From Spirochaetaceae bacterium (GTDB taxonomy: Bacteria; Spirochaetota; Spirochaetia; DSM-2461), in the NCBI GenBank assembly GCA_965224705.1, contig OZ245056.1, positions 1,824,001-1,888,000 of the forward strand: 64,000 nucleotides of DNA. The letters are read 5' to 3'. Made by a program: the position numbers and the translations under genes. Shown piece after piece: positions 19,830 to 28,968 of the stretch; position 1 is the first letter of the stretch, and each line of letters starts with the position of its first letter. The notes under the pieces were generated by a model. That model worked only from the letters and a program-made list of their open reading frames with translations, had not been told where the DNA came from and did not search any database.

Positions 19830-20939
19830 GTGAAGTTTAATCCAGGCAGAATCACCCTAATTCGTCTTCCCTCACTCCGTTTATTTCTGATAGGTATTAT
19901 ATCCACCTTCCTTTCCCTGACTGCATTTGCCGATGACCTGGAAATCAAGCCAGGTGATGCATACCTGGAAATCGCAGAAAACAAAGAGGGTTTCTACCTC
20001 TACATACGTGCGTCCAACAAAATAGGATCGGTCATGCTGACAGAATCCTCATCCGATCCCTTGAAAAAGTCTGCCTCTTATGCTTTTCGATCCTGGGATT
20101 ACAACCCCGTTAATGGCGATGAAAAACGCATATTGAATGGAAAGTTCCTGGTATCGAAAAACCCATTGTATTTTCTTCTGGACTCCACCCCTGAACCAGA
20201 CAGACTGCTTGAAACTGCTTTCAAAATCTATGTCCCATTTCAGCTTACCTATGGCTATCCATGGAGCCGGGAGGGACAAATAACAGTACACCGCGGAACA
20301 TGGCTGAATATACGGGCATTTGAGAAACCCTATGCGGATTACAGCGGTTCCTGGAGGGACAACCCATTCGTACTCTCGATGAAGGATATCCCCCTCCCCC
20401 CAGAACCCGAAGTTCCTGTCTTTGAAGATGAATCTGTCGACAATGTTGAGGCTGCCGTTGAGCGAATGACAGGAATAATGGCATCAAATAATGGAAATAT
20501 TGACGTTGTTCTTGTTGTTGATACGACTATAAGCATGAAAGATGATATAAACTTCATTCGGGAAGCTCTCATTCCCCTGGTCAGAAAGAAAATTGAAGAT
20601 TTCAAGAGCTTCCGCATTGGACTTGTACTCTATCGTGACTATAAAGAAGCATACCTTACACGTTCAAGTCCATTCACAAACGATTTGGATGCTCTCCAGA
20701 AGACTCTCAACCGGGTAACGACTGCTGGTGGCCGTGATCTCCCGGAAGCTGTCACTGAGGGATTGTTTGCCGCCCTTACGGAATTCGATTGGGAAGCCCC
20801 GGAACGGGCAATAATCCAGGTAGGTGATGCCCCTGCCCACGATGAACCCCGAGGTGAAATAACACCGGAAATGGTGGAGGATGCAGCTCGGAATCTGGGC
20901 GTTACCATTTTTCCAATACGGCTGCCCGATAAGAAATAA
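19830..20939 (+). CDS. Secreted VWA-domain protein
   Basis: Signal peptide, MIDAS-like DVVLVVDTTISM, GGRDLPEA and VGDAPAH; start uncertain. Confidence 0.85.
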   Translation: MKFNPGRITLIRLPSLRLFLIGIISTFLSLTAFADDLEIKPGDAYLEIAENKEGFYLYIRASNKIGSVMLTESSSDPLKKSASYAFRSWDYNPVNGDEKRILNGKFLVSKNPLYFLLDSTPEPDRLLETAFKIYVPFQLTYGYPWSREGQITVHRGTWLNIRAFEKPYADYSGSWRDNPFVLSMKDIPLPPEPEVPVFEDESVDNVEAAVERMTGIMASNNGNIDVVLVVDTTISMKDDINFIREALIPLVRKKIEDFKSFRIGLVLYRDYKEAYLTRSSPFTNDLDALQKTLNRVTTAGGRDLPEAVTEGLFAALTEFDWEAPERAIIQVGDAPAHDEPRGEITPEMVEDAARNLGVTIFPIRLPDKK

Positions 20940-20941
20940 TT

Positions 20942-21946
20942 CTACTTTACCCCAATGGCTTCTTTTACACGATTCAGAGTCTGCCTGGCAACTTTTCCTG
21001 CTTTTAATGCTCCATCGGCAAGAATATCATCAATTTGTGTTCTGTCGGCCATCAGTGCTTCATATCTATCCCGCATTGGAGAAATAATGGCATCAACTTC
21101 CTCGAAAAGAACCTGTTTAGCTTCTCCCCAGCCCATTCCACCAGCACGGTATCGGTCAGCTAAGAATTTTTGATCGGACTCACCGGCAAATAATTTGTAG
21201 AGAGCATAAATATTACAGGTGTCCGGATTCTTGGGTTCTTCCACTCCCTGGCTGTTCGTAACGATTTGCATGATTGTTTTTCTAAGTTTTTTTCTAGAAA
21301 GGAATAATGGTATATGATTATTGTAACTCTTGGACATTTTCCTGCCATCCAATCCTGGTACGACCATCATTTTCTCACTGGTTTGAGCCTGTGGGATAAC
21401 AAGCAGGTCTTCCTTATAGTTATGGTTCAGCATTCCAGCAATGTCCTGGGCCATTTCCACATGCTGCACCTGATCCCTGCCAACTGGAACGATGTTTGCA
21501 TCAAAAAGCAGTATGTCCGCAGCCATCAGAATGGGATATGTGAAGAGTCCCATATTGATCTGGTGATCTTCCGGCTGCCCTTTATTTCGATTGAAATCCA
21601 CGGCGGCCTTGTAGGCATGAGCCCTGTTCATCAAGCCCTTGGCCGTAAATGCTGTCAATATAGTGGCCAATTCAAAGGTTTCTGGAACATCAGACTGCTT
21701 ATATATGAGAGCCTTATCCGGATCCATACCTGCGGCCAGCCAGCTTACAGCCACTTCATGAATACAGGAGCGAAGGGTGGACGCATCCCTGATCACATTG
21801 AGCGAATGGTAATCGGCAATGAAGAATCGGGCATCAGTTTCTGAGTTGTCCGCAGTTAGAAGCGCTGGCTGGATTGCTCCGAAGTAATTACCAATATGAG
21901 GCATTCCGGTGGGTTTTATTCCGGTAAGCACAACCTTTTTATTCAT
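20942..21946 (-). CDS. trpS: Tryptophan--tRNA ligase
   Basis: LTGIKPTG.PHIGN, YPILMAADIL, VPVGRDQ and KMSKS motifs. Confidence 0.97.
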   Translation of the reverse strand: MNKKVVLTGIKPTGMPHIGNYFGAIQPALLTADNSETDARFFIADYHSLNVIRDASTLRSCIHEVAVSWLAAGMDPDKALIYKQSDVPETFELATILTAFTAKGLMNRAHAYKAAVDFNRNKGQPEDHQINMGLFTYPILMAADILLFDANIVPVGRDQVQHVEMAQDIAGMLNHNYKEDLLVIPQAQTSEKMMVVPGLDGRKMSKSYNNHIPLFLSRKKLRKTIMQIVTNSQGVEEPKNPDTCNIYALYKLFAGESDQKFLADRYRAGGMGWGEAKQVLFEEVDAIISPMRDRYEALMADRTQIDDILADGALKAGKVARQTLNRVKEAIGVK

Positions 21947-22061
21947 AATTCTATAATACAGTGTAAGGGGATGAACGTGAAGAACACAAAATCTTGATAA
22001 AATTCACATAAAGTACCCTTTTTTGCTGGTTTCCTGGAGAAAAGTTGATTATTATGGATGT

Positions 22062-22757
22062 ATGGCAAACATCTGTCTTGTGGAAGATAATGAGTCAATC
22101 CGGGAAGCAGTGAAGAGCTTTCTTCAACTGGCAGATCATCAGGTGTCTGATTTTGGAACACTTCTGGAAGCAAGGGCTGCTTTAGATGCCCATCTTCCCG
22201 ACTTAATTCTTATGGATGTTATGCTGCCGGACGGTAATGGATTCTTCTTCGCCAGGGAATTTCTGGCAGAACACCCTGTTCCACTGATTTTCATGTCCGG
22301 CCGGGAATCCGAGTCCGACCGGATTACTGGCTTTGAAATTGGTGCTGACGACTACATCGTGAAGCCATTCAGCCCGAAAGAGCTTGTGCTTCGAATTGCG
22401 GCTATACTGAAACGGACATCAGAAACAAAACCGGATGCTTCCCTCCCTGATACTGTCTGGAACCTGAATGGGCAGGTTCTGCACACGGACGAGAATGCTC
22501 ATAGAGCTACTTTGGACGATGAACTCTTGAAACTCACGGCTGCTGAATGGAAGATCCTCATATATTTCACCAGAAATGGCGGTACTGTTGTTTCAAGGAA
22601 GCAAGTTCTGGACCATTGTCTGTCCTATTCATTTGATGGCTATGATAGAATTGTCGATACTCATGTGAAGAATCTGCGGGCAAAGCTTGGGAACCCCGGT
22701 TGGATAGAAACCGTCCGTGGATATGGCTATCGTTTTGCTGGGAAAGGAGGGCTTTAG
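22062..22757 (+). CDS. OmpR/PhoB-family response regulator (no adjacent kinase)
   Basis: LVEDN, LMDVMLPD, GADDYIVKPF, DTHVKNLRAKL and IETVRGYGY motifs. Confidence 0.93.
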   Translation: MANICLVEDNESIREAVKSFLQLADHQVSDFGTLLEARAALDAHLPDLILMDVMLPDGNGFFFAREFLAEHPVPLIFMSGRESESDRITGFEIGADDYIVKPFSPKELVLRIAAILKRTSETKPDASLPDTVWNLNGQVLHTDENAHRATLDDELLKLTAAEWKILIYFTRNGGTVVSRKQVLDHCLSYSFDGYDRIVDTHVKNLRAKLGNPGWIETVRGYGYRFAGKGGL

Positions 22758-22808
22758 GAGGATTCCTCTTACCATTTTTGTATTTTTCATTTATAATATC
22801 AAATTTAC

Positions 22809-22885
22809 TTGACGGAAATTTGTGATTTATGTAAGATATTCATTAACTCAATGTAATACTCAATATTACATTGAGTTAATGAATA
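22809..22885 (+). promoter_or_regulatory. Sigma70-like promoter with an overlapping perfect 22-bp inverted repeat
   Basis: TTGACG (22809)-17 nt-TAAGAT (22832); IR arms at 22837-22858 and 22864-22885. Confidence 0.7.
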
Positions 22886-23036
22886 GATATACCGATGTAT
22901 GGAGGAATAGAGGAGTTTCATTGATCTTACACCTTATTCCCACAGAGTATTCACTTGTTCTTGTGAATCAGTGTATGAGCTTAGCGCCGGGTTCCGGCGT
23001 TTTAAATAATTTCTTGCTATATAGGAGAGCATGTAA

Positions 23037-24275
23037 ATGAAGAGAATTATGATTCTGGCCTTAGTGGTTGTAATTGCCGGAGCCGCATTTGCGGATGTTG
23101 ATCCTGCATTCAGTGGATCGTTTTCAACCTATATCGGAGTGTCATTGCCGGAAACGAGTAGCTCAGGTGCTTTGAAAACAAGTGTCTCTGATTCTATAAG
23201 TTTGGATCTCAATGCGACTATCGATGAGTGGAATACTGTTTCTGTAACCGTGGGATTGGCTGATGCCATGTACTGGGACGACCTGGATGGTGTTGGTAGT
23301 GACGGCATAATTAATACAGATCGTCTGAAAGGAACAGCTGTCATTGATTCCGATGGTAATCCAACCACGACGGGTACGACAGCCGGGACTGCGAATCCAG
23401 TAGGCGGTGATGAACTGGATAACCGTGGTGATTATCTCCGCATGAAAGCCTTCACTTATACGACCGACATTCTGGGTGCTCTGGGTGTCGATGGACCGGT
23501 TGGCCTCAGTCTCAAGTTCGGTAAATTTGGTTTTGGCGGTTCTACTTCCTATGTGAATGTCGCCCCTGTATCCACAAAGGACGCCGATGGTACGGGCGGC
23601 ACGGACGATGGAAACGTGGGCATTGGAGTTGATTTGAAATTGTTTGAGAAAGCGACTCTGAGCACTGTTATTTATCCCGCAAACCTTGCCAGTATTGCAG
23701 AAGATGGTAATACAAGATTTGAAGGTGGTGCAACTTTGAAAATCGCAGGTATCGCTGATAAGCTTGACGTTGCAGCTTACTTCCTGGCTTCAGCCTATGA
23801 TGCAAGAAAAAAGGAGAATGCTGATGCGGATACCGCAGATGGCGATGGAATGAGCCTGGGTGCCAGTCTGGCTCTTACACTTGATGCACACAAAATTGGT
23901 GTTGGTTTCCAGTATGATCTGGATGAGGGTTTAAGTGAGAATCAGGCAAAAGCTCAGATTGATTATGCCCTGACACTCGATAAGGTTACATTGGGTCTGT
24001 CCTATGGTGTTGGCGGCTTCAATGAGTTCGCTAAAAATAGCGATGTGAGATTGTCGGTTCTGTATAATATCCTGGATAACTTTGGTGTTTTCGGTGCCAT
24101 CGGTCTGGGTGATTTTTCCAGCCTGGGTGCAGACTCTATCAAATACGATGTCGGTCTTACCACCGCTCTGGGTGCATTGGCCATTCAACTGGGTGCTTCC
24201 AACAATTTGCAGTATAAGGCACCGGAGGATGATTGGAACGATGTGATTTACGTCAAATTCAGCACATCATTCTAG
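23037..24275 (+). CDS. Probable major outer-membrane beta-barrel (porin-like) protein
   Basis: Signal peptide ending AAFA, alternating amphipathic strands, C-terminal YVKFSTSF, SD GGAG, own promoter and terminator. Confidence 0.75.
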   Translation: MKRIMILALVVVIAGAAFADVDPAFSGSFSTYIGVSLPETSSSGALKTSVSDSISLDLNATIDEWNTVSVTVGLADAMYWDDLDGVGSDGIINTDRLKGTAVIDSDGNPTTTGTTAGTANPVGGDELDNRGDYLRMKAFTYTTDILGALGVDGPVGLSLKFGKFGFGGSTSYVNVAPVSTKDADGTGGTDDGNVGIGVDLKLFEKATLSTVIYPANLASIAEDGNTRFEGGATLKIAGIADKLDVAAYFLASAYDARKKENADADTADGDGMSLGASLALTLDAHKIGVGFQYDLDEGLSENQAKAQIDYALTLDKVTLGLSYGVGGFNEFAKNSDVRLSVLYNILDNFGVFGAIGLGDFSSLGADSIKYDVGLTTALGALAIQLGASNNLQYKAPEDDWNDVIYVKFSTSF

Positions 24276-24302
24276 TTTTTCCCGAGTATAAGAGTTGAGT
24301 TT

Positions 24303-24332
24303 AATGGCCTTACAATCGTAAGGCCATTTTTT
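24303..24332 (+). terminator. Rho-independent terminator
   Basis: AATGGCCTTAC-AATC-GTAAGGCCATT running into a T tract. Confidence 0.85.
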
Positions 24333-24349
24333 ATGCTGTAACTTTTTCA

Positions 24350-24464
24350 GAGTGTCAGGAAGCTTGTTAGATTTGAAAAACATTTCTTTAATACGGCTGT
24401 TTTGATGACTTAGAACCTTGCAGTTACTGGAAAAAGTGAGAATTCAACAAGCTTTCTGACACTC
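24350..24464. mobile_element. MITE-like element (GTGTCAGAAAGC family), 115 bp
   Basis: TIRs GAGTGTCAGGAAGCTTGTT and AACAAGCTTTCTGACACTC (19 bp, one mismatch). Confidence 0.8.
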
Positions 24465-24566
24465 CGAGATTCCTATATCAGATATTTTACACAGTATTTC
24501 GACGGTTCATAATGTACACAATTCTCCTGATAGTCTATCATCCTTAATCAGGGAGTAATCAAACCG

Positions 24567-25202
24567 ATGAAAATTCTATTGGCCAGCGTGATCTTAGTAT
24601 TGCTGCCTTTCCTGACAGGATGCAGCACAGCTCCGCCGCTGCCAGTTCTTTCCGAACCCATCGTTCATCAGGTGGCTGATTTAACTGTATCATTGCAGTA
24701 TCTTGATGAAGAGACACTCATCGCCCGACATGGGAGAAATGATGCCCGGATCTATACGAACCCCTACTATGGATATCCGAGTATAATCACAAAAAAACGA
24801 TTGTTGGTGTTTGAGTTCAATGCAAGTACAACTGAATCAGAGGTGTTATTCGAGCTGGATGAAATAACCCTCAAAATTGGCAGTGTCAGTGCTGATGCAA
24901 AAAGCCGCCCTTACCTGAAGACAATATGGAACCACTACAGATTGGCCGACACAACACGGATGGATTTGAAAATGCAAAAAACGATCCTGAAGCGGGAATT
25001 TGCTGTTAAACCGAATGAACCGGTTTCCGGTTACCTGGTATTCGGAAGCAATTATCCGGAGGAAGGCGGTGACGGATTGATCTCCATGTATGCAAGCACA
25101 CCGGATGGTGATCAAGGTGTGATTGAAATCCCGTTGAGTTTCAATGCTGATGGCAAACCTGGGGATTCTACCAAAGGTTCCGGGATTTTTTCAGATGAAT
25201 GA
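24567..25202 (+). CDS. Hypothetical lipoprotein
   Basis: Lipobox LTGC after a hydrophobic signal; SD GGAG. Confidence 0.7.
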   Translation: MKILLASVILVLLPFLTGCSTAPPLPVLSEPIVHQVADLTVSLQYLDEETLIARHGRNDARIYTNPYYGYPSIITKKRLLVFEFNASTTESEVLFELDEITLKIGSVSADAKSRPYLKTIWNHYRLADTTRMDLKMQKTILKREFAVKPNEPVSGYLVFGSNYPEEGGDGLISMYASTPDGDQGVIEIPLSFNADGKPGDSTKGSGIFSDE

Positions 25203-25238
25203 TATTTTATGAGCAAAAAATTTTGGAGGAGAAATAAA

Positions 25239-26366
25239 ATGATGAGAAATTTATTGGCGATTCTTTTTACCTTGCTGGCATTGGCCGCAGTTTCGGCAGG
25301 GGGACAGCGTGAGAGTGAAGGAAGCGGCAGCGGGATGTCGGAGGATGGGACAACACAATTAAAGGTGATCACCCTTCTCAATGGAACTCTGGGAGATAAA
25401 TCCTTTTTCGATTCCGCAGCTGCCGGCATGGACCTTGTAAAATCTGAATTCGGGGATGCTGTTGCTACCAGGGTCGTTGAAATGACCTATGATGAAACAA
25501 AATGGGAACCCACGCTTCTTGATACTGTTGAAGAGGACTGGGATATCATCATCGTTGGCACATGGCAGATGACTGAAATGCTCCAGGATGCGGCTCTTGA
25601 TTATCCTGACAAGAGGTTTTTTATTTTTGATACAAGTGTTGATTATTCATTGGGGATCAACAACATATACTCAATACTCTACAGTCAGAATCAGGCATCC
25701 TTTGTAGCCGGGGCTCTGGCTGCTTCCATCACTGAATCAGACATGCCCCTGGCCAATGAGGAGCAAGTAATAGGCTTCCTTGGGGGAATGGATATTCCGA
25801 TTATCAATGATTTTCTGGTAGGCTACATTGAGGGGGCCCGGTATGTTAATCCGGATATCGAGGTAGCGATTTCCTACATTGGCTCCTTTGACGATTCAGC
25901 CAAGGGAAAGGAAATGGCTCTTGCTCAGTACAATCTGGGAGCCGATATTGGCTACAATGTTGCAGGCCAGGCGGGTTTGGGTCAATTGGATGCCGCCAAA
26001 GATGCCAATCGTTACGCTATTGGTGTGGATTCAGATCAGGCAGCAATTTTCGCTGCTACAGATCCGGCTAAAACAGAATTAATTGTGACCAGTGTTCTCA
26101 AGCGAATTGATTTATCAATTCTGCGTGGTGTGACAATGCATCTTGAGGGGACTCTTCGCTATGACAGGGCTGAGGTTTTGGGATTTGACTCCCAGGGTGT
26201 AGGATTCGCCCGGAATGAAATCTACAAGAAAACAGTACCTGCGGAGATTCAGACTATGGTTGATGATCTGGAGAATGATATTCGCTCAGGTAAAATCATT
26301 GTCAGTTCTGCCTTTGGCATGGATTCGGAGGTTTTAAATCAGCTGCGGAATTCTGTAAAACCTTAG
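25239..26366 (+). CDS. BMP/PnrA-family nucleoside-binding protein
   Basis: GTLGDKSFFDS, IGFLGGMD, AG.AGLG and AIGVDSDQ motifs. Confidence 0.92.
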   Translation: MMRNLLAILFTLLALAAVSAGGQRESEGSGSGMSEDGTTQLKVITLLNGTLGDKSFFDSAAAGMDLVKSEFGDAVATRVVEMTYDETKWEPTLLDTVEEDWDIIIVGTWQMTEMLQDAALDYPDKRFFIFDTSVDYSLGINNIYSILYSQNQASFVAGALAASITESDMPLANEEQVIGFLGGMDIPIINDFLVGYIEGARYVNPDIEVAISYIGSFDDSAKGKEMALAQYNLGADIGYNVAGQAGLGQLDAAKDANRYAIGVDSDQAAIFAATDPAKTELIVTSVLKRIDLSILRGVTMHLEGTLRYDRAEVLGFDSQGVGFARNEIYKKTVPAEIQTMVDDLENDIRSGKIIVSSAFGMDSEVLNQLRNSVKP

Positions 26367-26390
26367 CTGTCCATTGATCCCGGGATTAAG

Positions 26391-27926
26391 ATGTCAACGT
26401 CAACAAATGAAATACTGACGATGAGAAACATCTCCAGGATTTATCCCAATGGGATAGTGGCAAACAGGAATGTAAACTTCTCTGTAACTGCCGGTGAAAT
26501 CCATGGTCTGGTTGGTGAGAACGGAGCCGGAAAAACGACGCTGATGCAGATTCTTTTTGGACTCAGTCAGCCGGAAAGCGGATCCATTTTCCTCAAGAAA
26601 CGGAAAATCAGTATTACAAATCCCAATGTTGCCATCGCTAATGGAATAGGCATGGTTCATCAGCACTTCATGCTTGTTCCTTCTTTAACGGTGGCAGAAA
26701 ACATTGTGCTGGGCGTTGAGCCGTGCAAAGGTCTGAGGCTGGACACTGCGGAAGCCGTTCGGATTACCAGAACCCTCTCAGAAAAATACAATCTCAAAGT
26801 CAATCCCAACGCATTAATACGCGATTTACCGGTGGGCGTCAAACAAAAGGTCGAAATCCTCAAGGCTCTGCATCGGGGTATTTCAATCTTGATACTTGAT
26901 GAACCTACGGCCGTGCTGACACCCCAGGAAACCACCGAACTGTTTGAGGAACTCAAGTTTCTGCGGTCTCAGGGAAATACAACAATTTTTATTTCTCACA
27001 AGCTTAATGAGATCAAAGCTCTGTGTGACAGGGTGACTATTATGCGTTCCGGTTCCAGTCAGGGGGTGTTCAGCGTTGATTCAATTTCAGAACAGGAAAT
27101 TTCCCGCCTCATGGTAGGCCGGGATATTGTACTGAAACTGGAGAAAAAACCCGCTGAACCAGATAAATCCATTCTTGAAGTTAAACATCTTCGGGTCGTT
27201 AATCAACATAAGAAAAATGTTGTTGATGGAGTGTCTTTTTCTCTTCGATCCGGTGAAATCCTCGGAATTGCCGGAGTGGAGGGGAATGGTCAGAGGGAAC
27301 TGGTGGAGGCCATTACCGGACTTGGAAGCTATGCATCGGGGAGTGTGTGCATTGCAGGTCAGGATATAAAAAAGCTCAGTGTCCGTGAGATCCGGGATCT
27401 GGGAACTTCCCATATCCCGGAAGATAGAATGACTCGGGGTTGTGCCGCAGACTTGAGTATTGAGATGAATCTTCTCGCCTATAAACATGACCATAAGGAG
27501 TTCAGCCGCCGCCGTATTTTTATGGATATGAAGGCAATTCGGCGTATGTCCATGGCTTTAGTGCGGGAGTACAAAGTTCTCTGCCTCTCTCCCCAACAGG
27601 GGACAGGGCGTCTGTCGGGGGGGAATATCCAGAAAGTTGTGGTAGCGAGAGAGCTTTCCAGTTCTCCAAACATCCTCATTGCCGATCAGCCCACCCGGGG
27701 CATTGATGTTGGGGCTACCGAATTTATTCGCAGCCGCATGATCGGTTTAAGAGACTCAGGATGTGCTGTTTTGCTTGTATCAGCCGATTTGAATGAGGTA
27801 ATAGAACTTTCGGACAGGATTATAGTCATGTATAATGGAAAGATATCAGTCTGCCTTGATGATGTTACTGATGTCAGTGAAAACGAATTGGGCCTGTACA
27901 TGCTGGGTCTCAAAAAAGATGAATAG
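26391..27926 (+). CDS. Nucleoside/sugar ABC transporter ATP-binding protein (two NBDs)
   Basis: GENGAGKTT, GMVHQHF, LDEPT, LSGGNIQK and QPTRGID motifs. Confidence 0.95.
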   Translation: MSTSTNEILTMRNISRIYPNGIVANRNVNFSVTAGEIHGLVGENGAGKTTLMQILFGLSQPESGSIFLKKRKISITNPNVAIANGIGMVHQHFMLVPSLTVAENIVLGVEPCKGLRLDTAEAVRITRTLSEKYNLKVNPNALIRDLPVGVKQKVEILKALHRGISILILDEPTAVLTPQETTELFEELKFLRSQGNTTIFISHKLNEIKALCDRVTIMRSGSSQGVFSVDSISEQEISRLMVGRDIVLKLEKKPAEPDKSILEVKHLRVVNQHKKNVVDGVSFSLRSGEILGIAGVEGNGQRELVEAITGLGSYASGSVCIAGQDIKKLSVREIRDLGTSHIPEDRMTRGCAADLSIEMNLLAYKHDHKEFSRRRIFMDMKAIRRMSMALVREYKVLCLSPQQGTGRLSGGNIQKVVVARELSSSPNILIADQPTRGIDVGATEFIRSRMIGLRDSGCAVLLVSADLNEVIELSDRIIVMYNGKISVCLDDVTDVSENELGLYMLGLKKDE

Positions 27927-28968
27927 ATCAAAGCAATTATTTGAACTCTACCGTATTGGTCTGGCGGTACTCATTTCCCTGGGCATTGCCGTCATCATTA
28001 TCATTCTGGTGAGCGAAAATCCCGGTGAAGCGTTGAAAATTTTTCTTTTCGGACCTGTGGACAGTTTGAGACATTTCGGAAATGTTCTGGAATTAATGGT
28101 TCCGTTAATCTTTACCGGACTGGCCATCACATTGATGTTTGTGGCCTCACAATTCAATCTTGGAGCCGAAGGGGCTTTTTTCTTTGGAGCTGTCGGGGCA
28201 TCATTCATTGCTGTGAACTGGGCACTGCCTGCGGTAATTCATCCCCTGACTGCCATCATCTGGGGGGGCTTCATTGGATCGGTGCTTTGCGGGATTCCCG
28301 GTCTGTTGAAAATCAAGTGGGGAAGCTCTGAACTCGTTTCGTCACTGATGTTCAACTACATAGCCTATTTTTTTGGCCTTTATCTGATCAATTACTTTCT
28401 GCGGGATGTGAATGCTGGAGCAATGGTGTCCTATCCCCTGGCAGAGAGTGCGAAGCTATACCGGCTCATACCCAAAACAAAAGTACACTTTGGCATTGTT
28501 GTCGCTGGTCTGACGGCGGTATTCACCAGTGTTTTCCTGTTTCGAACCCGGTGGGGTTACCGCATTCGTGTTATTGGTTTGAATACGCGTTTTGCCGAAT
28601 ATGCAGGAATCAATACGGCGGCCACCATTGTTTTGAGTCAGTTCCTTGGCGGTTTCATTGCTGGTATGGGAGGTGCTGTTGAGGTATTGGGGATGTATCG
28701 ACGCTTCACCTGGCAGATTTTGCCGGGTTATGGATGGGCTGGAATTATCGTCGCCATTCTGGCTCGAAACAATCCAATCTATGTTCCGGCAGCGGCTTTT
28801 TTTCTTGCCTGGCTTCGTATCGGGGCCGATTTAATGTCCCGGGCGACCGATGTTCCCAATGAGTTTGCCGCCATCATTCAGGGTGTTATGGTGATTCTTA
28901 TTACGGCTGAAAGCTTTCTGGCAAAATACAGACATAAAGTGGTGGTTAAGGAAGCACAGAATGATTGA
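27919..28968 (+). CDS. Nucleoside ABC transporter permease 1
   Basis: FNLGAEG, ELVSSLMFNY and GYGWAGI.VA.LA..NP motifs. Confidence 0.92.
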   Translation: MNRSKQLFELYRIGLAVLISLGIAVIIIILVSENPGEALKIFLFGPVDSLRHFGNVLELMVPLIFTGLAITLMFVASQFNLGAEGAFFFGAVGASFIAVNWALPAVIHPLTAIIWGGFIGSVLCGIPGLLKIKWGSSELVSSLMFNYIAYFFGLYLINYFLRDVNAGAMVSYPLAESAKLYRLIPKTKVHFGIVVAGLTAVFTSVFLFRTRWGYRIRVIGLNTRFAEYAGINTAATIVLSQFLGGFIAGMGGAVEVLGMYRRFTWQILPGYGWAGIIVAILARNNPIYVPAAAFFLAWLRIGADLMSRATDVPNEFAAIIQGVMVILITAESFLAKYRHKVVVKEAQND

